Shown here piece by piece: positions 1 through 11,419 of a DNA stretch of 64,000 bases. Origin of the DNA: Rhynchopus sp. YZ270_cl-10. Taxonomy: Eukaryota. Every line of letters begins with the position of its first letter. Within the stretch, counting starts at the first letter, position 1. The position numbers and the translations under genes were made by a program. The notes below the pieces were generated by a model. The model was not told where the DNA came from. It searched no databases and saw only the letters and a program-made list of their open reading frames with translations. The stretch covers positions 186,001 to 250,000 of the forward strand of contig OZ037837.1 of NCBI GenBank assembly GCA_964035575.1. Reading direction: 5' to 3'.

Positions 1-1862
1 CCAACATCCCCGTGCTGCACAAGGCCGCTTGCAAGACCAGCACCGTTCAGTGCAGACTTCACAGACATGCGCTGCACAAACCGTATCGCGTTCTCCATGT
101 GTGCAGGTGCCGAACGCGACACGTTCCACCCAACACACACACAGTTCCCAAGCAGCGTCACCAGACTCCCTCCACTCTGCTCCAGTGCCGTCGTCAGTGT
201 CGTGAGTCGTGAGCTCATCTGGTGAAAGGCTATAATTTTTCCCACGTCACCAACTGCAAGCTGTGCAACTCCCAGTGTGCCCGAGGTCTGACGTGTGGAG
301 ACTGACAGGTTGTTTGTGGATGAAACAGACGACACATATGTGGAAAAACTTATTGTATGATTGGCAGTTGGTAAAGAAGACTCGCAAAGTGGTGTTTCCC
401 TTCGTCCCCCAAGTGAGACAGGCCACACACAGCACACAAACGTGTTCCCAGACACACCCTTCAAGTGAACTGCCTCTGGCACACCAGCAACAGCACTGCA
501 CGACTCAGAGACAGACGTCCACAGGTCAGAGGGAACAGCCACAGCACCAGGCGTGCATGTGCTCTCAAGGCGTGATGCAACGTTCACTGTGTGTCCAAGA
601 TAGTCTGTCCGTCCCGTCAGTGTGTTCTGCTCCACAGTCACAGGGCCAGTGTTCACACCAATGCGCACAGTCAGACCACCCCACAGCGACCCCTGACGAG
701 AACAGATGGGTGCATCCTCAAGCAGAGACGCAGGCCAGTCTGCTTCGAAAAGACGTTCCTGCACACGCAACCCAAACGCCACACCGTCAAAAGTGGATGC
801 AAAGGCAATCATGAATGCGTCGCCAATGGTCTTCACCTCGTACCCACCACACATCCGCATCACATCACGCATCACAGCGTTGTGGATCTGCAGTCCAGCA
901 CGCATCCCCTCAGGTGTGTTCTCCCAGATCGACGTTGACGCACGGATATCTGTGAACACAATCGTTGCTGTCTCGCTGTCAAGCCCAGGCGGTGCCACAG
1001 TCGGCTGCTGCACACCGTCCTCATCCACCTCAAACAGCGCAGCAGGGAGGTACGGACGGTACTTCCGCAGGTTCTCCTCCAAGTTCCGCAGTGCCGCTGT
1101 CATCCCCTCAGGCAGGTCACCCTCATGCGCCTTCAGCAGCTCCGCCACCTGCTCCACGTCGTAGCCAGCCAGGAGTGCTGCAATTTCCTGCACAGCGTTG
1201 ATCGTCCGCTCCATTGATGCCTGCTCCTTCAGGAGACCACGTGCGAAGCCTCGTGTTGCGATGAAGTCGATGACAAACACACCCACAGCAATGATCTGAC
1301 GGTTCAAAGCTATACTCGTCGTGGGGCAGGGGAGGTCTGTACACTGATGTGCTCTCTCCATGAGTGCTGCCCTCTCCTCCTGTGGCATGATACCAGGGAT
1401 GTCGAGGATGCCAAACCTGAACAATTCTTCCACACCCATGACAACGAAGTACACCACTGCGACACAGACGACACACATGCTGTAGCGTGTGGGCACCTCC
1501 ATCACAAGGAGGAAGTCCACCACAACCACGAGCAACGGCCATGCAGTGTTGCCAATAGCACGAGTAGTGATATCAGCACAAAACGTACCCAGAGAGTAGC
1601 TGTAGGCGATGAACACTATTGCGGGTGTGGTCAGCTTGACTTTGCAAAGTACTAGCATAATGGCGTAGATCGCAGTGCACATTGTACACAGACCTGTGGT
1701 GCGAAATAGATGCCGCCCTCGTAGGTCAACCCACGTATCGAAGCAGTCCACGAGCATCATCAACAGCGCCGCGACGCTCAGGACAAAGAACATTGTCCGC
1801 TTCCGCGTGTCCTTCTTGTCCAGTGTCCCATCCAGCGACAGCACAGCATCCAGACAGCGCAT
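1..1862 (-). CDS. ~6TM receptor-type adenylate cyclase (3' end outside window)
   Basis: ATG at 1862 reads MRCLDAVLSLDGTLDKKD like paralogs at 61772/57816; colinear with 59697..61772 with a net 3-nt offset (in frame); FTDI/VKTIGDA/VNVASR motifs; runs off window start so absent from ORF track. Confidence 0.88.
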   Translation of the reverse strand, partial: MRCLDAVLSLDGTLDKKDTRKRTMFFVLSVAALLMMLVDCFDTWVDLRGRHLFRTTGLCTMCTAIYAIMLVLCKVKLTTPAIVFIAYSYSLGTFCADITTRAIGNTAWPLLVVVVDFLLVMEVPTRYSMCVVCVAVVYFVVMGVEELFRFGILDIPGIMPQEERAALMERAHQCTDLPCPTTSIALNRQIIAVGVFVIDFIATRGFARGLLKEQASMERTINAVQEIAALLAGYDVEQVAELLKAHEGDLPEGMTAALRNLEENLRKYRPYLPAALFEVDEDGVQQPTVAPPGLDSETATIVFTDIRASTSIWENTPEGMRAGLQIHNAVMRDVMRMCGGYEVKTIGDAFMIAFASTFDGVAFGLRVQERLFEADWPASLLEDAPICSRQGSLWGGLTVRIGVNTGPVTVEQNTLTGRTDYLGHTVNVASRLESTCTPGAVAVPSDLWTSVSESCSAVAGVPEAVHLKGVSGNTFVCCVWPVSLGGRRETPLCESSLPTANHTISFSTYVSSVSSTNNLSVSTRQTSGTLGVAQLAVGDVGKIIAFHQMSSRLTTLTTALEQSGGSLVTLLGNCVCVGWNVSRSAPAHMENAIRFVQRMSVKSALNGAGLASGLVQHGDV

Positions 1863-3645
1863 TGTTGTTCCTTTTGTGAAAAGAAATACAACCCTTAGCC
1901 TGAAGTACAGAAATGAGGTGCACAATAAGGGGGGAAGGGAATAAACAAAAAGGATCAGACGTTTGAATCATTTCCCACCACAAAGTGCTGTCCTAATAAT
2001 GCTTAATGCAATGAAACATGCACAACGGATTCAAGTATGCTCAAAATACAACATCCTGCTCGCGACAGTTAAATGTGGTACATGACCGATCAAATGGCGC
2101 GCACGTGATGCCTTTTAAGCAGCGCGTGCAAGATATGCTGAAAAGACGCAGACAGGGATGGTGCACGGCACCTTAGGGAGCAAAAAAAAAAGTTTGAAAA
2201 ATAAACTGTGGAAGACGCAAAACAAACTCGCGAAACAAAAATAGCTATTTATTAACAACAAATAATGGGTCATTATTTCACTCGAGAATCGGTGAGTGCT
2301 CCTCCAGTGCCCGAAGGGCACGAGGTCCTGTTTGTAGCCAGTATTTTTCTAGATGGCGCGCACGTTATATGCTCTTTAAGCAGCGCCTCATAATCATCAT
2401 GATAACCGTGCTGGCAAAGATGTTCAATTTTCCTTTTTCGCATTGAATGTAATCATATAGAAAATTACGCATCCTCACACTCGACGTTTGGATAGAAAAC
2501 TAGAGACGAAAGGGGGTGTGGGGGGAAGAGTTTAATTCTAGAACGCATCCCCACGCTCAGGCACACAAGCTTCCTAGTCCGGATTCCAAATGATGTTAGG
2601 CCACTCAAACAAATACACATGCACATATTTACTAAGCTCGAGGCTCAGTCAGTAGGTCTCCCCAAAATAAAACAAAGGAATGAGTTCCTGGAGACGTTCA
2701 CAGAGGTTTGCCTAGCGAGACAGTTGACTCATGACACGGCATCCGTTGCAGTCCGGCAGGTGCGGGCATCTTTTCAATACTCTAGAACAATGGTAATTGT
2801 AGCAGAAAGTACACGGCGGATGCTGGAGCGTAAAAAATGCTCTAAAATATTGAGCAGGAAAATAGGTAGGGGGAGGGAAGGGGGTAGGAGGGAAGGTGGA
2901 GGAATGAAAGGGAGAGGAAGTGCAGAAACAATGGTCATGGTGCATGCTCGGCTTTCCACTGCAAAGAATGCAGCGTGTAAGAAAAGTCGTTCGATTTGAT
3001 GTACTTTACATTAAAAGAAGAGAAAAGCACACAAAAAGGACGCTCAAAAGTGAAGTTGACAGTGCAAAAATAGTTCAAAAATATGAAACATTCCGTCTTT
3101 TGTAATTGCAAGAAAAAAAGTGAGTGAAACTGTGCGCAGGCCAGGGCCTTCAATCATCGACAAAGTCTGTCCACAGTTTTGTCGAAGTAAAAAAAAACAT
3201 TTTGTCTTCCCCGAGTGCGTCACAGGAGAGAAGCTCTCAGGGGTTTATACAGGTTATGGCATTTTTGAAAACTCGATCAATGCCTGTCCCACGCACGTGA
3301 ATTACAACACAAGCAGCCTTGGTAGCTTTGTAGGGAATTTACCCTGATTGCATGTACTCATGGAAAAAAACAATGCAAAAACTACGAGAGTTCCAACTGC
3401 ACACCACTGAGACAGTTGACAACGTGCCGCCCTCGACGCAGATTCCCAAAGGGGATTACTGAAACACCGCCGCAGAGGAAAAGATACAAATAGATTCACG
3501 ACAGTGCAGGCAGTTGCTTTAGACTAAGCTAAGCCTCTGACGTGCAGAGTCAAGCCTTTTGCGCTCACCTCTTTCTTTGAAAACTTCATAGTATCAGTGT
3601 AGACACCCTTCCAACAGCGAACGCACGGTGGTCGCAAGAGCACAA

Positions 3646-6600
3646 CTAAAACGCATTATTGTGTTCCATGTTGTCCCGTGCCTCAAGCACCCGGTAACAA
3701 CCCTTGTGTTGCACAAGAACGTCTTCAAGTGCAGACGGCAGTGTTGTCCCTTCAGGAGGCTCGTACAGACACACAACCCCGTAACGCACAGCCTCAATGC
3801 ACAGCGCCCAACTCCGATGCACAACATCCCCCATCACAGTCACAAAGCGCTGGCTCCGTGCACCAACATCCCCGTGCTGCACAAGGCCGCTTGCAAGACC
3901 AGCACCGTTCAGTGCAGACTTCACAGACATGCGCTGCACAAACCGTATCGCGTTCTCCATGTGTGCAGGTGCAGAACGCGACACGTTCCACCCAACACAC
4001 ACACAGTTCCCAAGCAGCGTCACCAGACTCCCTCCACTCTGCTCCAGTGCCGTCGTCAGTGTCGTGAGTCGTGAGCTCATCTGGTGAAAGGCTATGTTTT
4101 GTCCCACGTCACCAACTGCAAGCTGTGCAACTCCCAGTGTGCCCGAGGTCTGACGTGTGGAGACTGACAGGTTGTTTGTGGATGAAACAGACGACGCACA
4201 TGTGGACATTGTCATTGTACGCTTGGCAGTTGGTGAAGAAGACTCGCAAAGTGGTGTTTCCCTTCGTCCCCCAAGTGAGACAGGCCACACACAGCACACC
4301 AACGTGTTCCCAGACACACCCTTCAAGTGAACTGCCTCTGGCACACCAGCAACAACACTGCACGACTCAGAGACAGACGTCCACAGGTCAGAGGGAACAG
4401 CCACAGCACCAGGTGTGCATGTGCTCTCAAGGCGTGATGCAACGTTCACTGTGTGCCCAAGATAGTCTGTCCGTCCCGTCAGTGTGTTCTGCTCCACAGT
4501 CACAGGGCCAGTGTTCACACCAATGCGCACAGTCAGACCTCCCCACAGCGACCCCTGACGAGAACAGATGGGTGCATCCTCAAGCAGAGACGCAGGCCAG
4601 TCTGCTTCGAAAAGACGTTCCTGCACACGCAACCCAAACGCCACACCGTCGAAAGTGGATGCAAAGGCAATCATGAATGCGTCGCCAATGGTCTTCACCT
4701 CGTACCCACCACACATCCGCATCACATCACGCATCACAGCGTTGTGGATCTGCAGTCCAGCACGCATCCCCTCAGGTGTGTTCTCCCAGATCGACGTCGA
4801 CGCACGGATATCTGTAAACACAATCGTTGCTGTCTCGATGTCAAGCCCAGGCGGTGCCACAGTCGGCTGCTCCACACCATCCTGCTCATAAGTGGATGAA
4901 TGCCTCACAAACAACGACTGCGGCATGTACGCCTTGTACTGGGTCAGGTGGTCCACAATCTCAATGAAGGACGCCTGAATAGCGTTTGGCGTCTTCAGCT
5001 CAGTAAGGTACGCCACCTGGTCCAGCTGCATGGAAGCAATGGCCTTCGCGCACCGTGCAGCCACAATGTTGTCGGAAAACTGCAGTCTGTACGCACGTTG
5101 GCTCATCTGGTACTTGTACAGAAGCACCACAATCGCTACCACCACAAGCACACACCCCACAGCTATCACAATGTAGTGCCACGTCTCCAGTGAGCTGCCC
5201 TGCGACACAGTTGTCACAACCTGGCTGTAGGGTGGGAGGCCAATTGTGGCCCGGTACAGGTCACGCATCTGCTCAAAGCCGTGCTTCTCGATGCGTGACC
5301 ACCACATGTCGCGCAGCATTAGTAACGACTCGTCCACAGTCTTCCCGTTGCTCACAGCCTCGCCCAACGCAATACCCACGTCAACTGCGTAGAACGCTCC
5401 GTCAGGAAGTTGGATGTCAGGTGCAATGTTCTTGTCGCCCACGTTCGTGATCTTCGTTGTCGCAAGGAACTCATCTGTGATCCATGTCCCAAACAGCTTC
5501 TCCCACTCAGCATGGACCATGTGGGTCTGCCGGAACGGTTCAAATGCATCTGTCGTTTCTGAGATGACCAACTCCTTCGACTGCTCAGGGCCATTCACAA
5601 AGGCCATGAAATCAAAGGTGGCGTCAATATGCTGGCTGTGGTTCCCAATCACCATTGTGTACCCACCGTTCAGTGCAGCGTACGGGGTCACGTTGATCTT
5701 CTCCCCATTGCGCCCTTTTGTTGCGTACGGGCACACACTCGGATCAGATGCACACTCTGTGAGCTTCCCGTCCACATCCACAGACGTCGACCCAGGGAAG
5801 GGGAACATGTGCACCTTCTCCTTCCGGGATCCAATCCACGTGTTGTTGAAGTACCGGTCCTGCATCACACCCCCAAGCCAGTTCACAACAACACACGACC
5901 CAGCAGCCCAGCGCCACCGTGGGTGTGTTATTGCCGTCTCCCCGTTCGGAAACAGATTGCAGTGGTTCTCTGGCTCACGTGTCCCTGACCTCCAGACACG
6001 CACAGCCTGCGAGAACCCACGTCTGAAGCCCTCTGCCTGCACGTTCGGCTCCATCGTGACGGGGTCGAAGAAGTATCCCTGCTCCGAACCCTTGCTTTGC
6101 ATGTACGTCACTATGAACTGCATCGTGTTCTCGCCGTTCACAAGCACCGTCAGAATGTCGTCAGTGGGTCCGATGCACTCACACCAGCCGCGGTCGGGAA
6201 TCCCGTCACCGTTGATGTCCTTCCCGTCGTAGAACTCAACCATCTCCACCAACTCGTCGATAGTCTGTGGCTCCTGCCCACGTGGGAAGAGGTCTGCACG
6301 CGAGAACACCCCCAGCAGGCCACCATCGGCAGGCATCCCCCATGTGCGCTTGTTGTATGCTGAGTTGTAGTCACGGTAGAACTTCAAGTAGTCGTCCCAG
6401 GCAAGGTTGTCGTCCGCACGCACACGGTCTGTCATGTCCACAAGGTAGCCGTAGTGTGCTGCCTCCTTCATTGTGTTCGCGAGGACCATGTACCCGTCGT
6501 GGCCGAACCCGCGTTCCGACTCCGACTTCATCATCGGAACCAGCGACACGCTGTTGTCTGCAACAAGCGTCACGTTCAGGCCCGTCTTGTCGTAGAACCG

Positions 6601-6729
6601 CAGCGCGAACTTCTCAATGGCAAGCTTTGCCCAGTCGCTCATGACAATCTTGATGTTCACCCCATCCCACTTCTTCGCGTCCACAGGCAAGCACAGGCCC
6701 AGCAGCACCACCAGCAGAGGTTTCCACAT
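3646..6729 (-). CDS. Receptor adenylate cyclase: signal peptide, ABC-type solute-binding ectodomain, 1 TM, class III AC domain + degenerate cyclase domain
   Basis: 1027 aa ORF; hydrophobic N-terminus; SBP-like motifs (YLVDMTDRV, WGMPADGG, FDFMAFV); TM YIVIAVGCVLVVVAIVVLLY; catalytic FTDI, VKTIGDA, TDY, VNVASR. Confidence 0.92.
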   Translation of the reverse strand: MWKPLLVVLLGLCLPVDAKKWDGVNIKIVMSDWAKLAIEKFALRFYDKTGLNVTLVADNSVSLVPMMKSESERGFGHDGYMVLANTMKEAAHYGYLVDMTDRVRADDNLAWDDYLKFYRDYNSAYNKRTWGMPADGGLLGVFSRADLFPRGQEPQTIDELVEMVEFYDGKDINGDGIPDRGWCECIGPTDDILTVLVNGENTMQFIVTYMQSKGSEQGYFFDPVTMEPNVQAEGFRRGFSQAVRVWRSGTREPENHCNLFPNGETAITHPRWRWAAGSCVVVNWLGGVMQDRYFNNTWIGSRKEKVHMFPFPGSTSVDVDGKLTECASDPSVCPYATKGRNGEKINVTPYAALNGGYTMVIGNHSQHIDATFDFMAFVNGPEQSKELVISETTDAFEPFRQTHMVHAEWEKLFGTWITDEFLATTKITNVGDKNIAPDIQLPDGAFYAVDVGIALGEAVSNGKTVDESLLMLRDMWWSRIEKHGFEQMRDLYRATIGLPPYSQVVTTVSQGSSLETWHYIVIAVGCVLVVVAIVVLLYKYQMSQRAYRLQFSDNIVAARCAKAIASMQLDQVAYLTELKTPNAIQASFIEIVDHLTQYKAYMPQSLFVRHSSTYEQDGVEQPTVAPPGLDIETATIVFTDIRASTSIWENTPEGMRAGLQIHNAVMRDVMRMCGGYEVKTIGDAFMIAFASTFDGVAFGLRVQERLFEADWPASLLEDAPICSRQGSLWGGLTVRIGVNTGPVTVEQNTLTGRTDYLGHTVNVASRLESTCTPGAVAVPSDLWTSVSESCSVVAGVPEAVHLKGVSGNTLVCCVWPVSLGGRRETPLCESSSPTAKRTMTMSTCASSVSSTNNLSVSTRQTSGTLGVAQLAVGDVGQNIAFHQMSSRLTTLTTALEQSGGSLVTLLGNCVCVGWNVSRSAPAHMENAIRFVQRMSVKSALNGAGLASGLVQHGDVGARSQRFVTVMGDVVHRSWALCIEAVRYGVVCLYEPPEGTTLPSALEDVLVQHKGCYRVLEARDNMEHNNAF

Positions 6730-8769
6730 GTCGCAAATGAACTGAACGGGTGGTGTTGGCAGGGGAGGGAAGAGGGAATAGTTCAGAAAAAGAGGAGGGG
6801 AAGGGATACGAAGACATGCATATGTACAACCTCAAGCCCAACCCTTACCATGACGCGCAAGACTCTAAGAATCTTGTACTTTCCTTTGTTTTGGTTGTTC
6901 TCAGATACAGACCAGTTTACAGAAACGGTAAATTTGGTGCTGGTGGAAGCACCACTTTAATTGTAATTTTTGGGGTTGTCCAAGACCGGCTGTCCCCCCA
7001 ACCACGCAGTCTTACATCCATTTTGTGGTTTACATCTGATAGGCGCTACTCCCGCTTCCGCTCATCAGCTACTCTACAATATAAGGGTAAGGTAAGTCCC
7101 GAAGAACCACGGAGAGAAAATCATAGGTGGGGTGGGGTCGTGTACTATGTATGTGTAAAAGGGTGGGGGAAAGAATCTAGCTACCCACAAAATAAAAACC
7201 CGGAATAGAACCCCTGAAAAGGGGACACATGCGGAATTGAAACCGCATCACTACTGTTCCTTGTTGTTCCCCACCCCCCGCAAACATAGAATTTTATTTC
7301 CCAACCCAACAACAACAATATAACGAAAAAAATTAATTCACAGCAAACAGGTGTGAGGGAGAAGAAAAGAAAGTGAACAAAAACGAAAAAACAATGTTTT
7401 TCTGAAATGTGATGTTGTTGGGGTAGGGAGAATAAAACAGTTCCAAGAAAAGCTCCTGCGTCGGTTTTCTTTTGGTTATGAAAAATACAATAATTATAAA
7501 GACAAAAAGGGTTGTCGAACTGTAGGGGGGTGGCCGTTTTGGTGTGAACAAGGGAGATTTTATTTTTCCTTCCTTCAAAACTTCACACAACGCTTTTTGG
7601 TTTTTGGGAGACACACAAGGTGCCAGTTTCTATGATAAGCACGGAACCACCCTTCACCTGTTTGTCATGCTGTTTCCCGTGCAATACATGGAGAAAAGTT
7701 TCGTACTCGAAACTAGGGAACATAATGACAACACAGGTAACAGGGGCTTTTGAATGCGTTTACATATTTTCCTGATTTATGACAAAAAAAGACAAGAGAT
7801 AAGAAGAGCAACACGCCGATTGGCTGTCGTCGGAGCAAAGGGAAGGATGTATTCACCCCAGGGAGGGATCAGAGAAACGTCATAAAAACGTCGAGCGTGG
7901 CCGGAATATCATAAGAAAAAACATGAAACGTATAACAAGAATCCAGTACTCCATCCACTAAGATCACAAGAGCACTGCGAAAGAAAAAAGGGCGAGCCCA
8001 TCAATCTGTCCGATCCACGAGATCAACCAAGGATCTTAACACAATACCACAGGTACAGATTTCATTTGACTTCAAGCAGCGAAGAAGATAGCAAACAGGG
8101 TGCAAACCGCACAGAGAGGGAGCATAAAAATATCTCCGAGCAGCAAATACTCAAGTCAAGCAAGAGACCACAAGAACTCTAACCCATGAAAGACGAGCCC
8201 TACGGTACTCAATCTCATCACCAGGGCTCAACCAAGAACTCTGCTCAAGCAGGATTACCAAGTAGAACCTCATTGGTGTACGTGTAACAGGAAAGAAAAA
8301 CAGTGTACAAACAGACACGAAAAACATGAGCATCAAATAGGGTGGGGTCGTGTACTATGCATGTGTAAAAGGCGTGCTACACAATCTACCCACGAAATGA
8401 AATACTCCCCCCTTCTTTATTTATTCGTTGTTTGTTGTTTGTTGATCGCATCCATCCTCGTCCGTACTTCAGGAAAAGCACACAGCACTTTTGGTGGTAT
8501 TGAAATGCCCTTTGTGAAAACCGTCCGCACTTCTTTTTTTTTTTTTTTTTTTTTTTTCAAACCCCAAAAGTCCCGAAAACCCCGAAAAACCCGCGTCCTG
8601 AAGTACGGGGGAGAGGTGGAGCACAAAAGGGGGGAAGGGGAAACGGTAAGACTCATGGCAACCGAAGAACGCGTCTTTCATTTCCAGACGTATTGCATAC
8701 TCGTACAAAATGAAATACTCCCCCCTTCTTTATTTATTCGTTGTTTGTTGTTTGTTGATCGCATCCATC

Positions 8770-10600
8770 AGGACCCTTAATAGGGACGCGCAGCGCTCTC
8801 GAAGAGAGAAGTGATCGCCTGTGGTTGTTCGTTTTCCTTCGATTTGTCTCCTCTGGTGTATTTGTCTTCTCTCTGCTGTTTTGTCCCCACGCTGAACGCA
8901 CCTCCGGGTCATCCCTTTCTGCTTTGTCGTCGCAAACATTTCCGACAGAATGGCGTTCGCCGCGTAGTTGCTGCTGTCCCCGCTCAATGCAGAGTTGTCG
9001 ACCTTCATGTGTACAGTGCACGCGCTGGTGTATTTTGCCGCCAATAGTACAGACTTAGCCGCCGCATACAGCTCCTCAGGAAAATTGAGGTGTCCTGTCC
9101 CGCGCCGACCGTTCCCTGCGCTACCTTTCTCTCGTCTTCGTTGACTTCCAAGATGCTACCCATTCTGCTTTTGGGGCGTCAGACCACACTATGAGTGTCT
9201 TAGTGGGGGGTTGTTGGATCCAGTAGTTCGTCGTCATCAGCGATACCCGCTTTCGCACTTCGGAAATCACGCTGCAATTTAGGCCAAAAAATTTTCTCAA
9301 AATCCGGGTTTGTAGTATTGACTTCACCTTCTGTTACCCGTAGTGACCGCTATTCTGCTTCATTATCGTACCACCCTGCTTGTAGGTGTGTTTGCCAGTC
9401 ACCCAAATTATCATGAAACTCTCGCGAGAGAGGTTTTTAAAAAAGCTAGTGCAAGAAATTCGCTTTGTAATCCGGAAATTCTGTCCCGCTTGCAGAGGTT
9501 CAAAAAGTATGCTTCTGTCTATTTCTTTTTGATCGTTCTTGTATTGCAGCGTGATTCCAAACTCCTCGGTACGCGCACGTGAACAACGTTGTGCGATCGC
9601 AGGAGCGAACGGCCATCCCATCGCCAAAAAATAATAAAAAACCCCTATCATCTTTTGTTAAGTTGGTACGCTACCCACGTCATACGCCGATCTCCTGCGG
9701 TGTTGACTCCAAAAAACAAAGAACTGTTGAATGTTATTGTCTTCTTTGACATTTGCGGTGGCGGACCCCTCGACCTTTTCAGTTTTCTGCCATCCACGAA
9801 TCGTAAGCTCCCCGACTTTTTCTCCACAGTGAAGGCATGCAGAATCACTTCTTGGGGGCTTGCAGATGTTCGCGACAGGACGCCGAAGTCGATGAGGGTA
9901 TCCAGATGTTGATCCATGTGGCGCGAGGTACCTCTCCTTATCCCTGCTTGCTTGTCCCAACCCTCCTTCAGGTGTGATACGAACGTTTCTCTCTTTCGGA
10001 TGATCTGCAGAATGTCTTCCAGCTCGTTCTCCTTGTCGAGGCTCACCAGTGTGTCTAGATGTCGCCGCAATGTAGTCCTGGTCGGTTTCTCCTGCATGCG
10101 CCTCGGCGGGCCGAGCGTTTGTGGCGCTGCTTCGTCGGTACGCATAGGGAGTTGTCGTAAAGGCTCCGTGTCGTGTCGCGTGATCATCTGGATCTGTTCC
10201 AACGGTACCCTCTTGTCGTTGAGGTGGTGCGCCGCTCCTCGCCTTAGGGAGTGAGGGGTGAGGTTCTGCTTCACTCTTTTGGCTCAAAATAGGTTTGTAA
10301 CGCTGCTGATGGGAACATGTGTTCCAGTGTTCGCTTCTCTAAACACAGAATGATCGCCTCGTCGTAACCTAGCTCTGTCTTCATGTGGTACTCCCAGTTT
10401 GTCTTGAATTCATTCAGGCGGCCGCACACTTCGCAGCTCCCTCATGTAAGAAACCCGATAGCGCCCGTGACAGAGTGTGCTGCGCCTTCGCCAGCTTGCT
10501 CTGCGGTGAGTGGCAGTTTCCTTCTCCCGAGATACGTAGGAAGTCTTTCGTCCAGCAAACGCTCAGGCTGCGGGGTCGGCTCGTGGTAAGATATGCGTGC
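8770..10600 (-). pseudogene. Frameshifted YR / reverse transcriptase / RNase H remnants
   Basis: TPHSLRRGA...ITRH (YR HxxR box); FTVEKKSGSLRFVDGR and LAMGWPFAPAIAQ (DIRS-type RT motifs); IVWSDA and KVDNSA (RNase H acidic motifs); 10340-10570 homologous to 35105-35370. Confidence 0.75.
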
Positions 10601-10604
10601 GTAT

Positions 10605-10835
10605 CTCCTCGTTTGTTGGTTACCTCGTTTATATTTCCCCTCGTTTATTTGTCTCCTCATTTGTTTATCTCCACGTATGTTTGTCTCCTCATTTGTTTAT
10701 CTCCACGTATGTTTGTCTCCTCATTTGTTTATCTCCACGTATGTTTGTCTCCTCGTTTGTTTGTCTCCTCATTTGTTTATCTCCACGTATGTTTGTCTCC
10801 TCATTTGTTTGTCTCCTCATTTGTTTATCTCCTCG
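10605..10835. repeat. Minisatellite related to the 11.4-13.0 kb array (TTGTCTCCTCATTTGTTTATCTCCACGTATGT-type units)
   Basis: Tandem units visible directly. Confidence 0.9.
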
Positions 10836-11419
10836 TGTACTGGACCACCATCAGAAACAGGCAACCACCGACTGCAAACACACTCAGGGCAAGCTCCACC
10901 AGACACCACAGACCACAACGGCAACAAATAACCCAAAACTCCCCAAACAATCAACAACCAACTGATCTCTTTTTTAGTGTGACTTGATACACAACAGCCC
11001 TCTCGTGAACAGTGCACCTTGGTACACTCTTACGTGACCGCTGCACCGGGCTGGACCCAACCATGAAGTCCTACATCCATTTCGTCATTTCGGGAGGAGG
11101 TGTCGGAACTCTGCTCTGTTGTTGAGGTGGACTGCAGGCAGCAAGGGCGCAGGGGATGTCTCTTTGCACGCAGTCTGGGGGGAGTCTGTGGAGCTTCGTG
11201 TTCTGTGGCGGATGTGTGAAGAGAGTGATGAGCACAACAACGTTGACAACAGCAGCATGTGGCAAGCAGCTTGCAGCACGACACAATACGTGCAGGGGAA
11301 AGACACGTTCATCATTCTTCGGTTGTGGCATGTCGTCATTGTGCGTGTCTCCGTCGCTTCTGGCTTTGCTCGGGGGATTCGTCTCTGCTTCGTTTCGGAC
11401 GTGCTTCAACCACAAGCTT

